A DNA stretch of 64,000 nt from an uncultured cyanobacterium (lineage in GTDB: Bacteria; Cyanobacteriota; Cyanobacteriia; Cyanobacteriales; CAWUOF01): positions 1,870,831-1,934,830 of the forward strand of contig CAVUSO010000001.1 in assembly GCA_963744145.1 (NCBI GenBank), in the 5' to 3' direction. A model generated the notes under the pieces. It worked only from the letters and a program-made list of their open reading frames with translations, was not told where the DNA came from and did not search any database. The translations under genes were made by a program, and so were the position numbers. Below are positions 1 to 8,211 of the stretch, in pieces; position 1 is the first letter of the stretch, and each line of letters begins with the position of its first letter.

Positions 1-417
1 GGGAGCAACCGAAAGATAAAAGACGCGGTTTCCTCTGGTTCCTCTTTTACCATCTAGTTCGTTTAAAAATTCTTTGAGTTTCAGATAGCTTTCGGTATTG
101 TCTATATCTCCGGGACAATAATATAAACCTTGGGCAAAATTTTGCCAGAGTTCTTCGTTACCGATTCCATCTGAAAATTCCTCGATTCCTGACCGCATTT
201 GTTCCCGGAAATAGTCGTGCGACCATTCTCGACGTGCTACACCAACAATAGTCATTTCTGCTGGTAAACGTCGATCGCGTTTCATTTGATATATTGCTGG
301 TACTAGTTTCCGTTGGGTCAAGTCTCCTGACGCCCCAAATATTACTAATATCAGCGGTTCCGGTGTTCTTTCTTGTTGTAACCCAACGCGCAGGGGATTT
401 TCTAACAATGTCACCAT
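1..417 (-). CDS. zwf: glucose-6-phosphate 1-dehydrogenase, N-terminal part. The gene runs off the window start; the start codon is at 417.
   Basis: Reverse-strand translation from ATG at 417 gives [52 protein letters not shown]... The [13 protein letters not shown] dinucleotide-binding motif is diagnostic of G6PD. It is absent from the ORF track because no stop codon falls in the window. It lies downstream of tal and fbp, matching the cyanobacterial fbp-tal-zwf cluster. Confidence 0.85.
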   Translation of the reverse strand, partial: MVTLLENPLRVGLQQERTPEPLILVIFGASGDLTQRKLVPAIYQMKRDRRLPAEMTIVGVARREWSHDYFREQMRSGIEEFSDGIGNEELWQNFAQGLYYCPGDIDNTESYLKLKEFLNELDGKRGTRGNRVFYLSVAP

Positions 418-535
418 CTACCTTCTTTCTCCTTCATTTACTGTGGGCGTCTTTTATCCCATTTGCTAGTAATAAGTAATCGAGCGGCTAGATTTTTAGC
501 GATCGCTCATTACTTATTACTGAATTATCCTGAAA

Positions 536-1675
536 TTAGACTAGAGCTAGCTGTTTGGCTTTGGCTTCTAGGGATTTTTTCAAAGAATCGAAGGGTTGAA
601 TAAATTTATCAATTCCTTCTATCAATAATTCCGTCATTACTTCGTCAATATTGATACCTATTTCCGGCAGAGTTTTTGTCAGTTGATAGGCTGCTTCTAG
701 ATCAGTTTCAATCCGACTTGCCACATCACAATGATCGGCACAAGCTTCAATTGTGTTAGGGGGCATCGTATTAACGGTATCCGGTCCAACCAGTTCATCC
801 ACATACAAAACATCACTATATGCTGGGTTTTTGGTACTGGTAGATGCCCATAGTAACCGTTGGACTTTAGCTCCTTTTGCTGCTAGTGCTTTCCAGCGAT
901 CGCTTTGAATGATTTCTTTATATTTCTGGTAAGCCAGTTTCGCATTAGCGATCGCAAATTTACCTTTAAGTTGGCTTAATTTTGCTTGTTCCTGGGGATC
1001 ATTGGTCTGTTTGATCAGTTTGTCTAACTTATCATCGACATTGCTATCAATCCGACTGATAAAGAAACTTGCGACTGAGGCAATATTGCTAATATCCTGA
1101 CCTGCTGCTACCCGTTCTTCTAACCCTTTGATATAAGCCCAAGCTGTTGCTTCATAGCTTTCTAAGGAAAACAAGAGGGTAATATTGACATTAATTCCCG
1201 CAGCGATCGTCGCTGTAACTGCTGGTAATCCTTCCGGAGTCCCAGGGATCTTAATCATCACATTGGGACGATCAATTACTTGATGATAGCGTTGGGCATC
1301 TTTAATTGTGGCTGCGGTATCTCGGGCTAAATCAGGAGTAACTTCAACGCTAACATAACCGTCTAACCCTTTAGACTCTTCGTAAACTGGCAAGAAAATG
1401 TCGCAAGCATCACGAATATCTTTAAATATTAAAGATTCATAAATCTCCAGGATTGATTTCCCATCTTTCACACCTTGGGCAATATCTGTATCATAAATAG
1501 CATTTCCAGCGATCGCTTTTTCAAAAATCGCTGGATTTGATGTGATCCCCACAATCCCCCGACTAGAAATCATCTCTTTCAGTTCACCGGACTGAATAAT
1601 ATTACGGCTTAAGTTATCCATCCAGATACTTTGACCGTATTCTTGCTCAATTTGTAACAGTGGATTATTTGCCAT
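536..1675 (-). CDS. tal: transaldolase. The track ORF begins at 1699; the more likely start is the MANNPLL Met at 1675.
   Basis: 379-387 aa ORF with LLQIEQEYGQSIWMDNLSR and GITSNPAIFEKAI motifs typical of transaldolase. Co-oriented with fbp and zwf. Confidence 0.85.
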   Translation of the reverse strand: MANNPLLQIEQEYGQSIWMDNLSRNIIQSGELKEMISSRGIVGITSNPAIFEKAIAGNAIYDTDIAQGVKDGKSILEIYESLIFKDIRDACDIFLPVYEESKGLDGYVSVEVTPDLARDTAATIKDAQRYHQVIDRPNVMIKIPGTPEGLPAVTATIAAGINVNITLLFSLESYEATAWAYIKGLEERVAAGQDISNIASVASFFISRIDSNVDDKLDKLIKQTNDPQEQAKLSQLKGKFAIANAKLAYQKYKEIIQSDRWKALAAKGAKVQRLLWASTSTKNPAYSDVLYVDELVGPDTVNTMPPNTIEACADHCDVASRIETDLEAAYQLTKTLPEIGINIDEVMTELLIEGIDKFIQPFDSLKKSLEAKAKQLALV

Positions 1676-1784
1676 ATTTTCCTGGTTTAATTTATCCAAG
1701 TTGACTGAATCGATCCTAGCGCCGCGCTAATTAGCTTTAATCATCTAGCATGATGAGCCATTAGCGGTTAAATATAAGCTTAAA

Positions 1785-2891
1785 TTAATGCTTTTCTGAA
1801 GTTGGTGGTTTAAGTTCTTGCTGCTCTCTTGCTCGGTCCCGAATAAAAGACTCAACTAATTCCACATCATCTTTGCTACCAATAATTAGGGGTGTACGAG
1901 CGTGCAGTTTAGTGGGGATCACGTCTAAGATATCTTCTGTGCCGTTACTAGCTCGACCACCAGCTTGTTCAATTAAATAGGCAAGAGGGGCAGATTCATA
2001 GAGCAAACGCAATTTTCCTTCCGGTTTTTTTACCGTACCGGGATATAAAAACACACCACCTTGAAACAAAATGCGGTGAAAGTCCCCAACTAAAGCTCCT
2101 CCATATCGAGCGGTACGTCCTTCATGACGATGGACATAACGAATATAGTCTCGAATCGCTTCGTCCCATTGCCAAAAGTTACCCTCATTGGCACTATAAA
2201 TCGGCCCAGATTCAGGGACACGAATATTTTCATTGGAAAGAATAAACTCACCTAAACTGGGATCAAGAGTAAAACCATGTACTCCTTTACCAATGGAATA
2301 AATCAACATGGTACTTGGTCCATAGAGGACATACCCAGCCGCAATTTGCTTCCGACCAGATTGGAGCAAGTCTTGAGCAGTTCCATCTTCGTCATTACCT
2401 TCTTGTTGACGAATGGAGAAAATCGAACCCACATTGAGATTAATATCTAGATTAGAAGAACCATCAATGGGATCGTAAAGCAGAGTATGGCGACCAATGG
2501 GACAGTTTTCTGGAATATAATAGGGTTTTTCCATTTCCTCTGAAGCCAAGCGACAAACTAAACCACTTTGCTTGAAGACGGAAATAAACACCTCATTCGC
2601 AAAGAGATCCATCTTTTTGACAGATTCTCCCTGAACGTTGACACCACCTGTAAATCCCAATACCCCTTCCATTAATCCAGCTCGACTGAGCCGACGGGCA
2701 ATCAGTTTAGCTGCTAAAGCAATTCGACTCATTAAAGCACTTAAATCCTGAGCATCAGCCGAAAAGCTCTGGAGTTGCTGAAGAACATGACGGGATAAAG
2801 TGGTACAATCCCGATCTAAGGCATGGTCTTGGCCATATTTCTCCATCGTCTCATCGATCGTAGACTCTAGCGGTTGCTGTTCACTGGCCAT
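1785..2891 (-). CDS. fbp: fructose-1,6-bisphosphatase class 1
   Basis: 368 aa; [29 protein letters not shown] ... [15 protein letters not shown] matches cyanobacterial F-I type FBPase, and metal-binding D-P-I-D-G-S-S-N is present. Confidence 0.85.
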   Translation of the reverse strand: MASEQQPLESTIDETMEKYGQDHALDRDCTTLSRHVLQQLQSFSADAQDLSALMSRIALAAKLIARRLSRAGLMEGVLGFTGGVNVQGESVKKMDLFANEVFISVFKQSGLVCRLASEEMEKPYYIPENCPIGRHTLLYDPIDGSSNLDINLNVGSIFSIRQQEGNDEDGTAQDLLQSGRKQIAAGYVLYGPSTMLIYSIGKGVHGFTLDPSLGEFILSNENIRVPESGPIYSANEGNFWQWDEAIRDYIRYVHRHEGRTARYGGALVGDFHRILFQGGVFLYPGTVKKPEGKLRLLYESAPLAYLIEQAGGRASNGTEDILDVIPTKLHARTPLIIGSKDDVELVESFIRDRAREQQELKPPTSEKH

Positions 2892-3019
2892 TATTTTAAT
2901 TTTCCCTTAGTAGTGACTCGAACTTGGAGAAGGGTGATTAGATTGATTTTATATTATTGACACTGCTATAACCGAATATGTACTTATGGTCAATATTTGT
3001 CCACCTATTCAGCGATTAG

Positions 3020-3200
3020 AGATGATCTGACGGTTTCTGACATAAATACCAATAGGTGAAGGTCCAGAAGTATAAGTTTCAAAAAAGACTAAATCTCCTG
3101 GTTCAAGTTTTTTTGGATCTATAATTGATTCCGTCGTTGAGATATTGCATTCTTTTCGATCATCTGAAAGTAAAGTGGATAAATAATTGTTGGTTCCATA
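3020..3200 (-). pseudogene. truncated paralogous fragment of the N-terminus of the hypothetical gene at 3303-3632
   Basis: Reverse strand at 3130-3200 reads MEPTIIYPLYFQMIEKNAISQRRNQL*, near-identical to the first 15 residues of the 3303-3632 product and then terminating. About 40 nt of DNA is almost identical (3145-3195 vs 3585-3632). Confidence 0.4.
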
Positions 3201-3302
3201 TATTTTTCTAGTATCTACTGATAGCGATCGCCGTCAAAATCATCACTGCTGCTCTAATTTTATCAGGTCGGGTTAGTTACAATTAGTGCGATCGCCAGTA
3301 AA

Positions 3303-3632
3303 TTAATCAGGCAAAATAGAATAATCAACAGGGTCTTCCCTACCTACGCCCAACTCTTTAAACTTGGCATTAAGATCCTTTAGCTCCAGCCCACAGTAAT
3401 AGTATTTTTTGGCTCGAAGATTAGCTAAGTAATATCCATCCCGACCGCAGTTAATCCGAAATAGCTCTACTGTTATCTTGGTTTTAATCATCCCAAATAA
3501 GGTTTCTCTGTCTGTTTCAGGGACTGGTTTACCAGTACGGTTATAAAAAACTTCACCATACTCGAAATACCAAGTTTTACCTTTCTTTTCGATAATCTGA
3601 AAGTGAAGTGGGTGAATAATTGTTGGTTCCAT
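3303..3632 (-). CDS. hypothetical protein (109 aa)
   Basis: Clean ORF without recognisable motifs. Its N-terminal segment is duplicated at 3130-3200. Confidence 0.5.
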   Translation of the reverse strand: MEPTIIHPLHFQIIEKKGKTWYFEYGEVFYNRTGKPVPETDRETLFGMIKTKITVELFRINCGRDGYYLANLRAKKYYYCGLELKDLNAKFKELGVGREDPVDYSILPD

Positions 3633-3899
3633 AAATTAGCAATTAGAACAGTTAAATGTCTTGGCTAACCAAGTTGCTATTTTATTGATAGTTGGTTAAC
3701 CAGGGATTAATATGATATAGTAGGGATAAATTTAGAAGTGAAGAAAATGTCAGGTAAACCACGGGATGAGAGATCGGGTCAATGGGTGCCTGAAGGTGAT
3801 GAGCCGTTAGATCGGCGCGTGATTGGGATTAAATTTTTAACGGGTAATGGCTGATCTGCCACCACCCGCTATCAATGGCAAGACATTAAAAACTAGGTT

Positions 3900-4196
3900 T
3901 TAAAATCTGTTTCGTTTATCTCCACCTCGATAGCCGTCACCACCACCACCGCTCTCGCGGGGTTTGGCTTTATTTACCCGCAGTTGACGTCCCATCCATT
4001 CAGCACCATTCAATTCAGCGATGGCTGCTTCTTCATGGGCATCTTCTAACATATCAACAAATGCAAACCCGCGTAAACGACCAGTTTCGCGGTCTGTAGG
4101 TAATACAACTCTTTTTACCGTGCCATACTCTCCAAATACTTCTTTGAGGTCGTCTTCGGTGGCTTGGTAGGACAGGTTTCCAATGTAAATGGTCAT
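3900..4196 (-). CDS. rbp: RRM-type RNA-binding protein with glycine-rich C-terminus (cyanobacterial Rbp family)
   Basis: MTIYIGNLSYQATEDDLKEVF (RNP2), RGFAFVDM (RNP1), and a C-terminal GGGGDGYRGG tail. The start is taken at MTIY (4196) rather than the upstream ATG at 4232. Confidence 0.85.
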   Translation of the reverse strand: MTIYIGNLSYQATEDDLKEVFGEYGTVKRVVLPTDRETGRLRGFAFVDMLEDAHEEAAIAELNGAEWMGRQLRVNKAKPRESGGGGDGYRGGDKRNRF

Positions 4197-4421
4197 GTGG
4201 ATCACTAATCTGAGCGAAAAACTAAAGTTCAACTCGGATACAACAAAGGTGTTGCACTGTCAACGGATCTTTAACTACCTAATCAAGGAAGTAAAGTTTC
4301 GTCTGATTGATCAATGGCTAATCTCAATGGACTCAGCTACCATAAAGGTGGGCTGAGAGGATTGTTCTTAACCCATGATATTGTTGAACTTTTCTAAATT
4401 ATAATAACTAGACCTTCCCCG

Positions 4422-4640
4422 TTAGTCAATCGCGATCGACTGAGGACCATCGCTTTTGCCTTTATTATTCTCACCCGTAGAAAAACTAGAGTCAGGAGAA
4501 CCTCCTTGTTCATTCAGCCAACTTTTAACTGGATCATCGGAGAGATTGAGCCGGAAAATGCCAGAGAAAAACCCACTGAAGAATGCTACTGGTTGTTGGC
4601 TGAGTTCTTTAATAATCGGTGTTAGTTCATCAAAAAACAT
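4422..4640 (-). CDS. small hypothetical protein (72 aa)
   Basis: ORF only; no motif recognised. Confidence 0.25.
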   Translation of the reverse strand: MFFDELTPIIKELSQQPVAFFSGFFSGIFRLNLSDDPVKSWLNEQGGSPDSSFSTGENNKGKSDGPQSIAID

Positions 4641-5019
4641 TTATCCTCTCCTGAAACTAGAAAGTATCCTGAACTTAAACTCAATGCTAAAAGTTATTTT
4701 AGGTTACCCCTCAAAAATAATTAGCAAGATAATCTAATCTTAACTTGCTGTGGTGGTTCTGCCTGCTCAAATTGAAAAATTTTACTGATTTTGGCGCGAA
4801 CTATCTAAACATCTAAATTTCCTAGTCATTACTGATGCAGAAGCTGCTTTTACTTTTCTTGGATCTAGGGCTAATACTAATTAGCTATTGATGCACTTGG
4901 TTGATTAGATTTAAGTTCTAATATGCTTGATTTGGTTTGATATCCAGTCGAAATTAGAATCATCGCACAATCTACAATTTATGGTTTTGAATCTAATTTG
5001 TGCGATCGCGCTCCAAAGC

Positions 5020-5487
5020 TTAAGGTACACCCAAAGCATCACGTAATTGCTGTTCACTAATTCCCAGTTTTTTCGCAGCGGCTCCTAGATTCGGTGGTGG
5101 TGGACCAAGTGCATCATGTAATTGCTGTTCACTAATTCCCAGTTTTTTCGCAGCGATCGCTAAATCAGGATGGGGTGGGGGATAATTACCATTACCACCA
5201 ATCGGAGGATGGTTTTGTCTAGCCCATTGACCTGGGGGCGGTCCGCTAATGGTCATCACATTTTTCCTATTGTATGTACCACGCATACAACCTACACTAT
5301 AGGGGAAATCCCAAGTAGCATGGTAGTGATACATATTGACTTGTTGTCCATCCCAGTCAATGATACCTGTATGTCCATGACATTCATCTAGGTCTGCACT
5401 GGTCAGAATTTTGCCACCTTCCCCATACCGACCATAAATTCCAAATCCATCTAAGCTATAACCTACCAGGCTAGAATGTCGTAGCAT
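5020..5487 (-). CDS. YHYH-motif protein with C-terminal tandem peptide repeats
   Basis: Contains NMYHYHATWDFPY. The C-terminus carries two copies of AAKKLGISEQQL(H/R)DALG, encoded by a near-perfect ~50-nt tandem DNA repeat at 5030-5140. Confidence 0.55.
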   Translation of the reverse strand: MLRHSSLVGYSLDGFGIYGRYGEGGKILTSADLDECHGHTGIIDWDGQQVNMYHYHATWDFPYSVGCMRGTYNRKNVMTISGPPPGQWARQNHPPIGGNGNYPPPHPDLAIAAKKLGISEQQLHDALGPPPPNLGAAAKKLGISEQQLRDALGVP

Positions 5488-5541
5488 CAGATAGCGGAAA
5501 ATCGTAGTATAAAGGAGTAAAGCGTAGTAAAACGATGAGGT

Positions 5542-6099
5542 ATGTACTTAACACCAAAACAAGTGTACGAGAAGTATGGGTATCATCCCAAAACACTAGC
5601 AGACTGGGCTGATGAAGGGAAAATTCCTTGCATCAAATCAGCGGGAGGACATCGCAGATATCCTGTATCAGCGCTGGAGAACATAAAATGTGAAGCTAGA
5701 ATTGCTTTTGCTCAAGTAGTGACTTACGCTCGAGTTTCAACTCCATCCCAAAAAGATGACTTGCAGACACAAATCAATTACCTAGTTTCAAGATATCCTA
5801 ACTGCGAATGCGTTAGTGACATTGGTTCAGGACTGAATTTCAAGCGAAAAAAGTTCTTGAAATTGATGCAGAGAATAGCCAATCAAGAAATCCAAACCTT
5901 AGTAGTGGCACATAAAGATAGGTTATGCAGATTTGGCTTTGATTTCGTTGAGTGGTTCTGCAACCTGAACAACTGCGAAATCGTTGTCCTGAACAATAGC
6001 TATCAATCCCCCCAACAAGAGTTTTTGGAAGACTTCATGGCGATTATGCACTGTTTTAGTGCTGGTAGGGGCGTATTGCTATACGCCCGTACTTTTTGA
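5542..6099 (+). CDS. tnpA: IS607-family transposase TnpA (serine recombinase with N-terminal MerR-like HTH)
   Basis: N-terminal HTH (YLTPKQVYEKYGYHPKTLADWADEGKI). Catalytic YARVSTPSQKDDLQTQ with the Ser nucleophile in the resolvase-like domain. Its C-terminal codons are formed by a copy of the 22-28-bp palindrome GGGGCGTATTGC(T/A)ATACGCCC. Confidence 0.75.
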   Translation: MYLTPKQVYEKYGYHPKTLADWADEGKIPCIKSAGGHRRYPVSALENIKCEARIAFAQVVTYARVSTPSQKDDLQTQINYLVSRYPNCECVSDIGSGLNFKRKKFLKLMQRIANQEIQTLVVAHKDRLCRFGFDFVEWFCNLNNCEIVVLNNSYQSPQQEFLEDFMAIMHCFSAGRGVLLYARTF

Positions 6100-6192
6100 G
6101 GAAATACGAAAAACAGATCACTACCGAGGTTGACAAAACGGAGTGAATCGGAGTATAGTAAAATCTAACACCAACATGAACCAGACCTAATT

Positions 6193-7527
6193 GTGTTAAA
6201 GCCCAAGAAAGGATTTTCAATAGCCACTAAATCGGTCAAAGCCAAGCTTGAGCGAACAGGAGTGGATCTACAAGAAAGTAAAGATGCCTACAACGAAGTG
6301 GTGCATTTCTATTTCTTGCTGATTAGAGAAGATCCTAATGGGTTGACGATTCCATTAGTAAATAATGGGGGATGGCGCTACTACGAAATCAAGACAGTAG
6401 AGAACGAGTTTATCAAGGGATTCCCTGCGCCATTGAAAAGAGCCGCAATTCGTCAAGCGATTGGTGCTTACGAATCCTGGTCTAGCAATTACCAAAAATG
6501 GTTGAAACGTCCTCAGAAAATGAAACACCATAAACCACCAGTACAGCCCAGGAAATTTAACTTTAACCCCCAATATGATTCTGGGATGTGGAAGGAAGAT
6601 AATGGTGCTTCTATATTGTTAAAAGTATTGGTAAACGGCGCATGGAAATGGATTAAACATCAATACCAAAGTCCAGAAATTCAGTCAGACTGGGTAAAAT
6701 GTTCTCCCAGAGTTCAGGTGCAGTCTAATTCTTTTTGGTTAGTGTTCCCCATTGAGAAATATGTACCTGCAACCGGAGGAATTAAAAATATCATGTCAAA
6801 ACCGAAGGGGCGTATTGCAATACGCCCCTTCAGAACTTGCGGGATTGATCTGGATTTAGATCAACACATTGCGATCTGCACTGTGCTAGAAACCAACGAC
6901 AGAGGCGAATCGACAGAAGTTGCTAGATTGTTTATTAATCAGTCACGCCATGTAGCTCGTAGGAAGCGGAATCTAGGACAGATTGCCATCAAGATGAGTC
7001 AAACTGGCATTATTTCCAAGGGCTTTGCTAATCATCAATGGCAGAAGTTATCGAAGCGAGAAATGGAGTTTTCCAGGGATGTGTCAAGGCAGATTGTAGA
7101 ATTTGCTAAATATTGGCAAGTCCAAATTATCAGCTTTGAGCATCTAGGTAATTTGCGTCCCCAAAAAGGAAAATACTCCAAACGCTCTAATCAGAAACGT
7201 GCTTATTGGTTAAAGAGTAAAGTTTACGAGCAAGTGAAAAGAATTGCTTTTCAAGACTACGGAATATTGGTGACAAGAGTTAACCCAAAAAATACTAGCA
7301 AACTCAGTCCCAACGGTTTACCTGTTTGGAGAGGTCATCAATTTCCTAGCTCTATATTGGAGTTTTTAGAATATCAATCAGGAGCAAATTTAGTGGCTAC
7401 GCCTGATGGTTACAGAGCTCATTCTGGACTTAATGCCGCTCGCAATATCGCGCTCAAAGCGATTAAGCGTAATTTACCAGAAGTTACACTTAATCTCAAA
7501 AAAAAGCCCAAAGCAGTAATGCTTTAG
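6193..7527 (+). CDS. tnpB: TnpB (OrfB) RNA-guided-endonuclease-family protein, RuvC-like
   Basis: 444 aa. Central GIDLDLDQHIAICTV (RuvC-I Asp); C-terminal zinc-finger region and the RuvC-III-like ...HSGLNAARNIALKA typical of TnpB/Cas12 ancestors. Follows tnpA with an ~90-nt spacer. Confidence 0.75.
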   Translation: MLKPKKGFSIATKSVKAKLERTGVDLQESKDAYNEVVHFYFLLIREDPNGLTIPLVNNGGWRYYEIKTVENEFIKGFPAPLKRAAIRQAIGAYESWSSNYQKWLKRPQKMKHHKPPVQPRKFNFNPQYDSGMWKEDNGASILLKVLVNGAWKWIKHQYQSPEIQSDWVKCSPRVQVQSNSFWLVFPIEKYVPATGGIKNIMSKPKGRIAIRPFRTCGIDLDLDQHIAICTVLETNDRGESTEVARLFINQSRHVARRKRNLGQIAIKMSQTGIISKGFANHQWQKLSKREMEFSRDVSRQIVEFAKYWQVQIISFEHLGNLRPQKGKYSKRSNQKRAYWLKSKVYEQVKRIAFQDYGILVTRVNPKNTSKLSPNGLPVWRGHQFPSSILEFLEYQSGANLVATPDGYRAHSGLNAARNIALKAIKRNLPEVTLNLKKKPKAVML

Positions 7528-7725
7528 GTGTGCAATCAAACTAGAACGGTCAGCAACGCCACTTTGATTGTACTAGGCTAGGGTAGACTGCCTAATGGAT
7601 TCCTACTAAACTACGCTCTCATCAGTCGGGTCTAGCACCCATTCGGCGAGCGAGAAGCGCCTACAGAGGAGTCTCGGAAAGTGAACTAATTACTACGTTT
7701 AGCTCCGCTTTACTACGTTTTTAGG
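7528..7725 (+). ncRNA. putative TnpB-associated omega (right-end) RNA region
   Basis: Inference only. In IS605/IS607 elements the guide RNA of TnpB is transcribed from the 3' end of tnpB to the element's right end. Here a ~200-nt non-coding stretch separates the tnpB stop from the inferred right end. Confidence 0.25.
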
Positions 7726-8082
7726 CTACTCACCTGCAAGTTTCATCACAAACTTATTTCGCCAAGTGACTGCACCATTGACAATGGGTTTAGCAGTGAA
7801 ATCGTAGGTGCCATCATCTTTAATCCAAGTACCATTCCGAAATGCACCCCCAGCGTTCGGGTCAATTCGACAAGCCCAAATCCACCCTGCTTTTGGTTCA
7901 TTGGCAATTTTACCATCCCCAAGAGGTAAATGGGTCAGATCAATTTGGGGTTGGGATGCTAGAAAGGGAATTGATGGATTGTTTTGGAGTTGGGGAGTGA
8001 AAGCTCTAACAGAGCTGAATGTATGTAATCCGATGATTAGCAGGATGATCGCGATCGCTAATCTCCAAAAATTTTTCCGCAT
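7726..8082 (-). CDS. small secreted hypothetical protein
   Basis: Start taken at MRKNFWRLAIAIILLIIGLHTFSSVRA, a signal-peptide-like N-terminus. The track ORF extends 15 codons further upstream. Confidence 0.45.
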   Translation of the reverse strand: MRKNFWRLAIAIILLIIGLHTFSSVRAFTPQLQNNPSIPFLASQPQIDLTHLPLGDGKIANEPKAGWIWACRIDPNAGGAFRNGTWIKDDGTYDFTAKPIVNGAVTWRNKFVMKLAGE

Positions 8083-8211
8083 AGTTGATGGCTGATCGGG
8101 AAACACAAAAATAACTAGGACAGGCAAGATGCCCGTCCCACCTAATAATTTATTGTAAAAGCTATATTTGGCTTTTAGCCTCTTTCTGATGAAAGAGGAG
8201 ACTTAGCCAAA

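Larger units (their letters stand above)
5496..7725 (+). mobile_element. IS607-family insertion sequence (tnpA serine recombinase plus tnpB)
   Basis: TnpA (MerR-like HTH plus small serine recombinase) followed by TnpB (OrfB) in the IS607 arrangement. Imperfect terminal inverted similarity, cgtagta...gtaaagcgtagtaaaacg at 5500-5530 versus tactacgtttagctccgctttactacgtttt at 7692-7723. Flanked directly by the YHYH gene start (5487) and the secreted-protein gene stop (7726). Confidence 0.6.

Noticed and set aside
294-479. 61-aa plus-strand ORF at the window start
   Set aside because: Lies antisense within the clearly coding zwf 5' region, whose start is at 417 on the minus strand. Its composition is not protein-like.
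4456-4737. 93-aa plus-strand ORF
   Set aside because: Overlaps the minus-strand small ORF and intergenic sequence. Low-complexity product with no motif.
5170-5391. 73-aa plus-strand ORF
   Set aside because: Antisense to the YHYH gene.
6355-6573. 72-aa minus-strand ORF
   Set aside because: Antisense inside tnpB.
7808-8095. 95-aa plus-strand ORF
   Set aside because: Antisense to the secreted-protein gene, which is preferred for its signal-peptide-like product.
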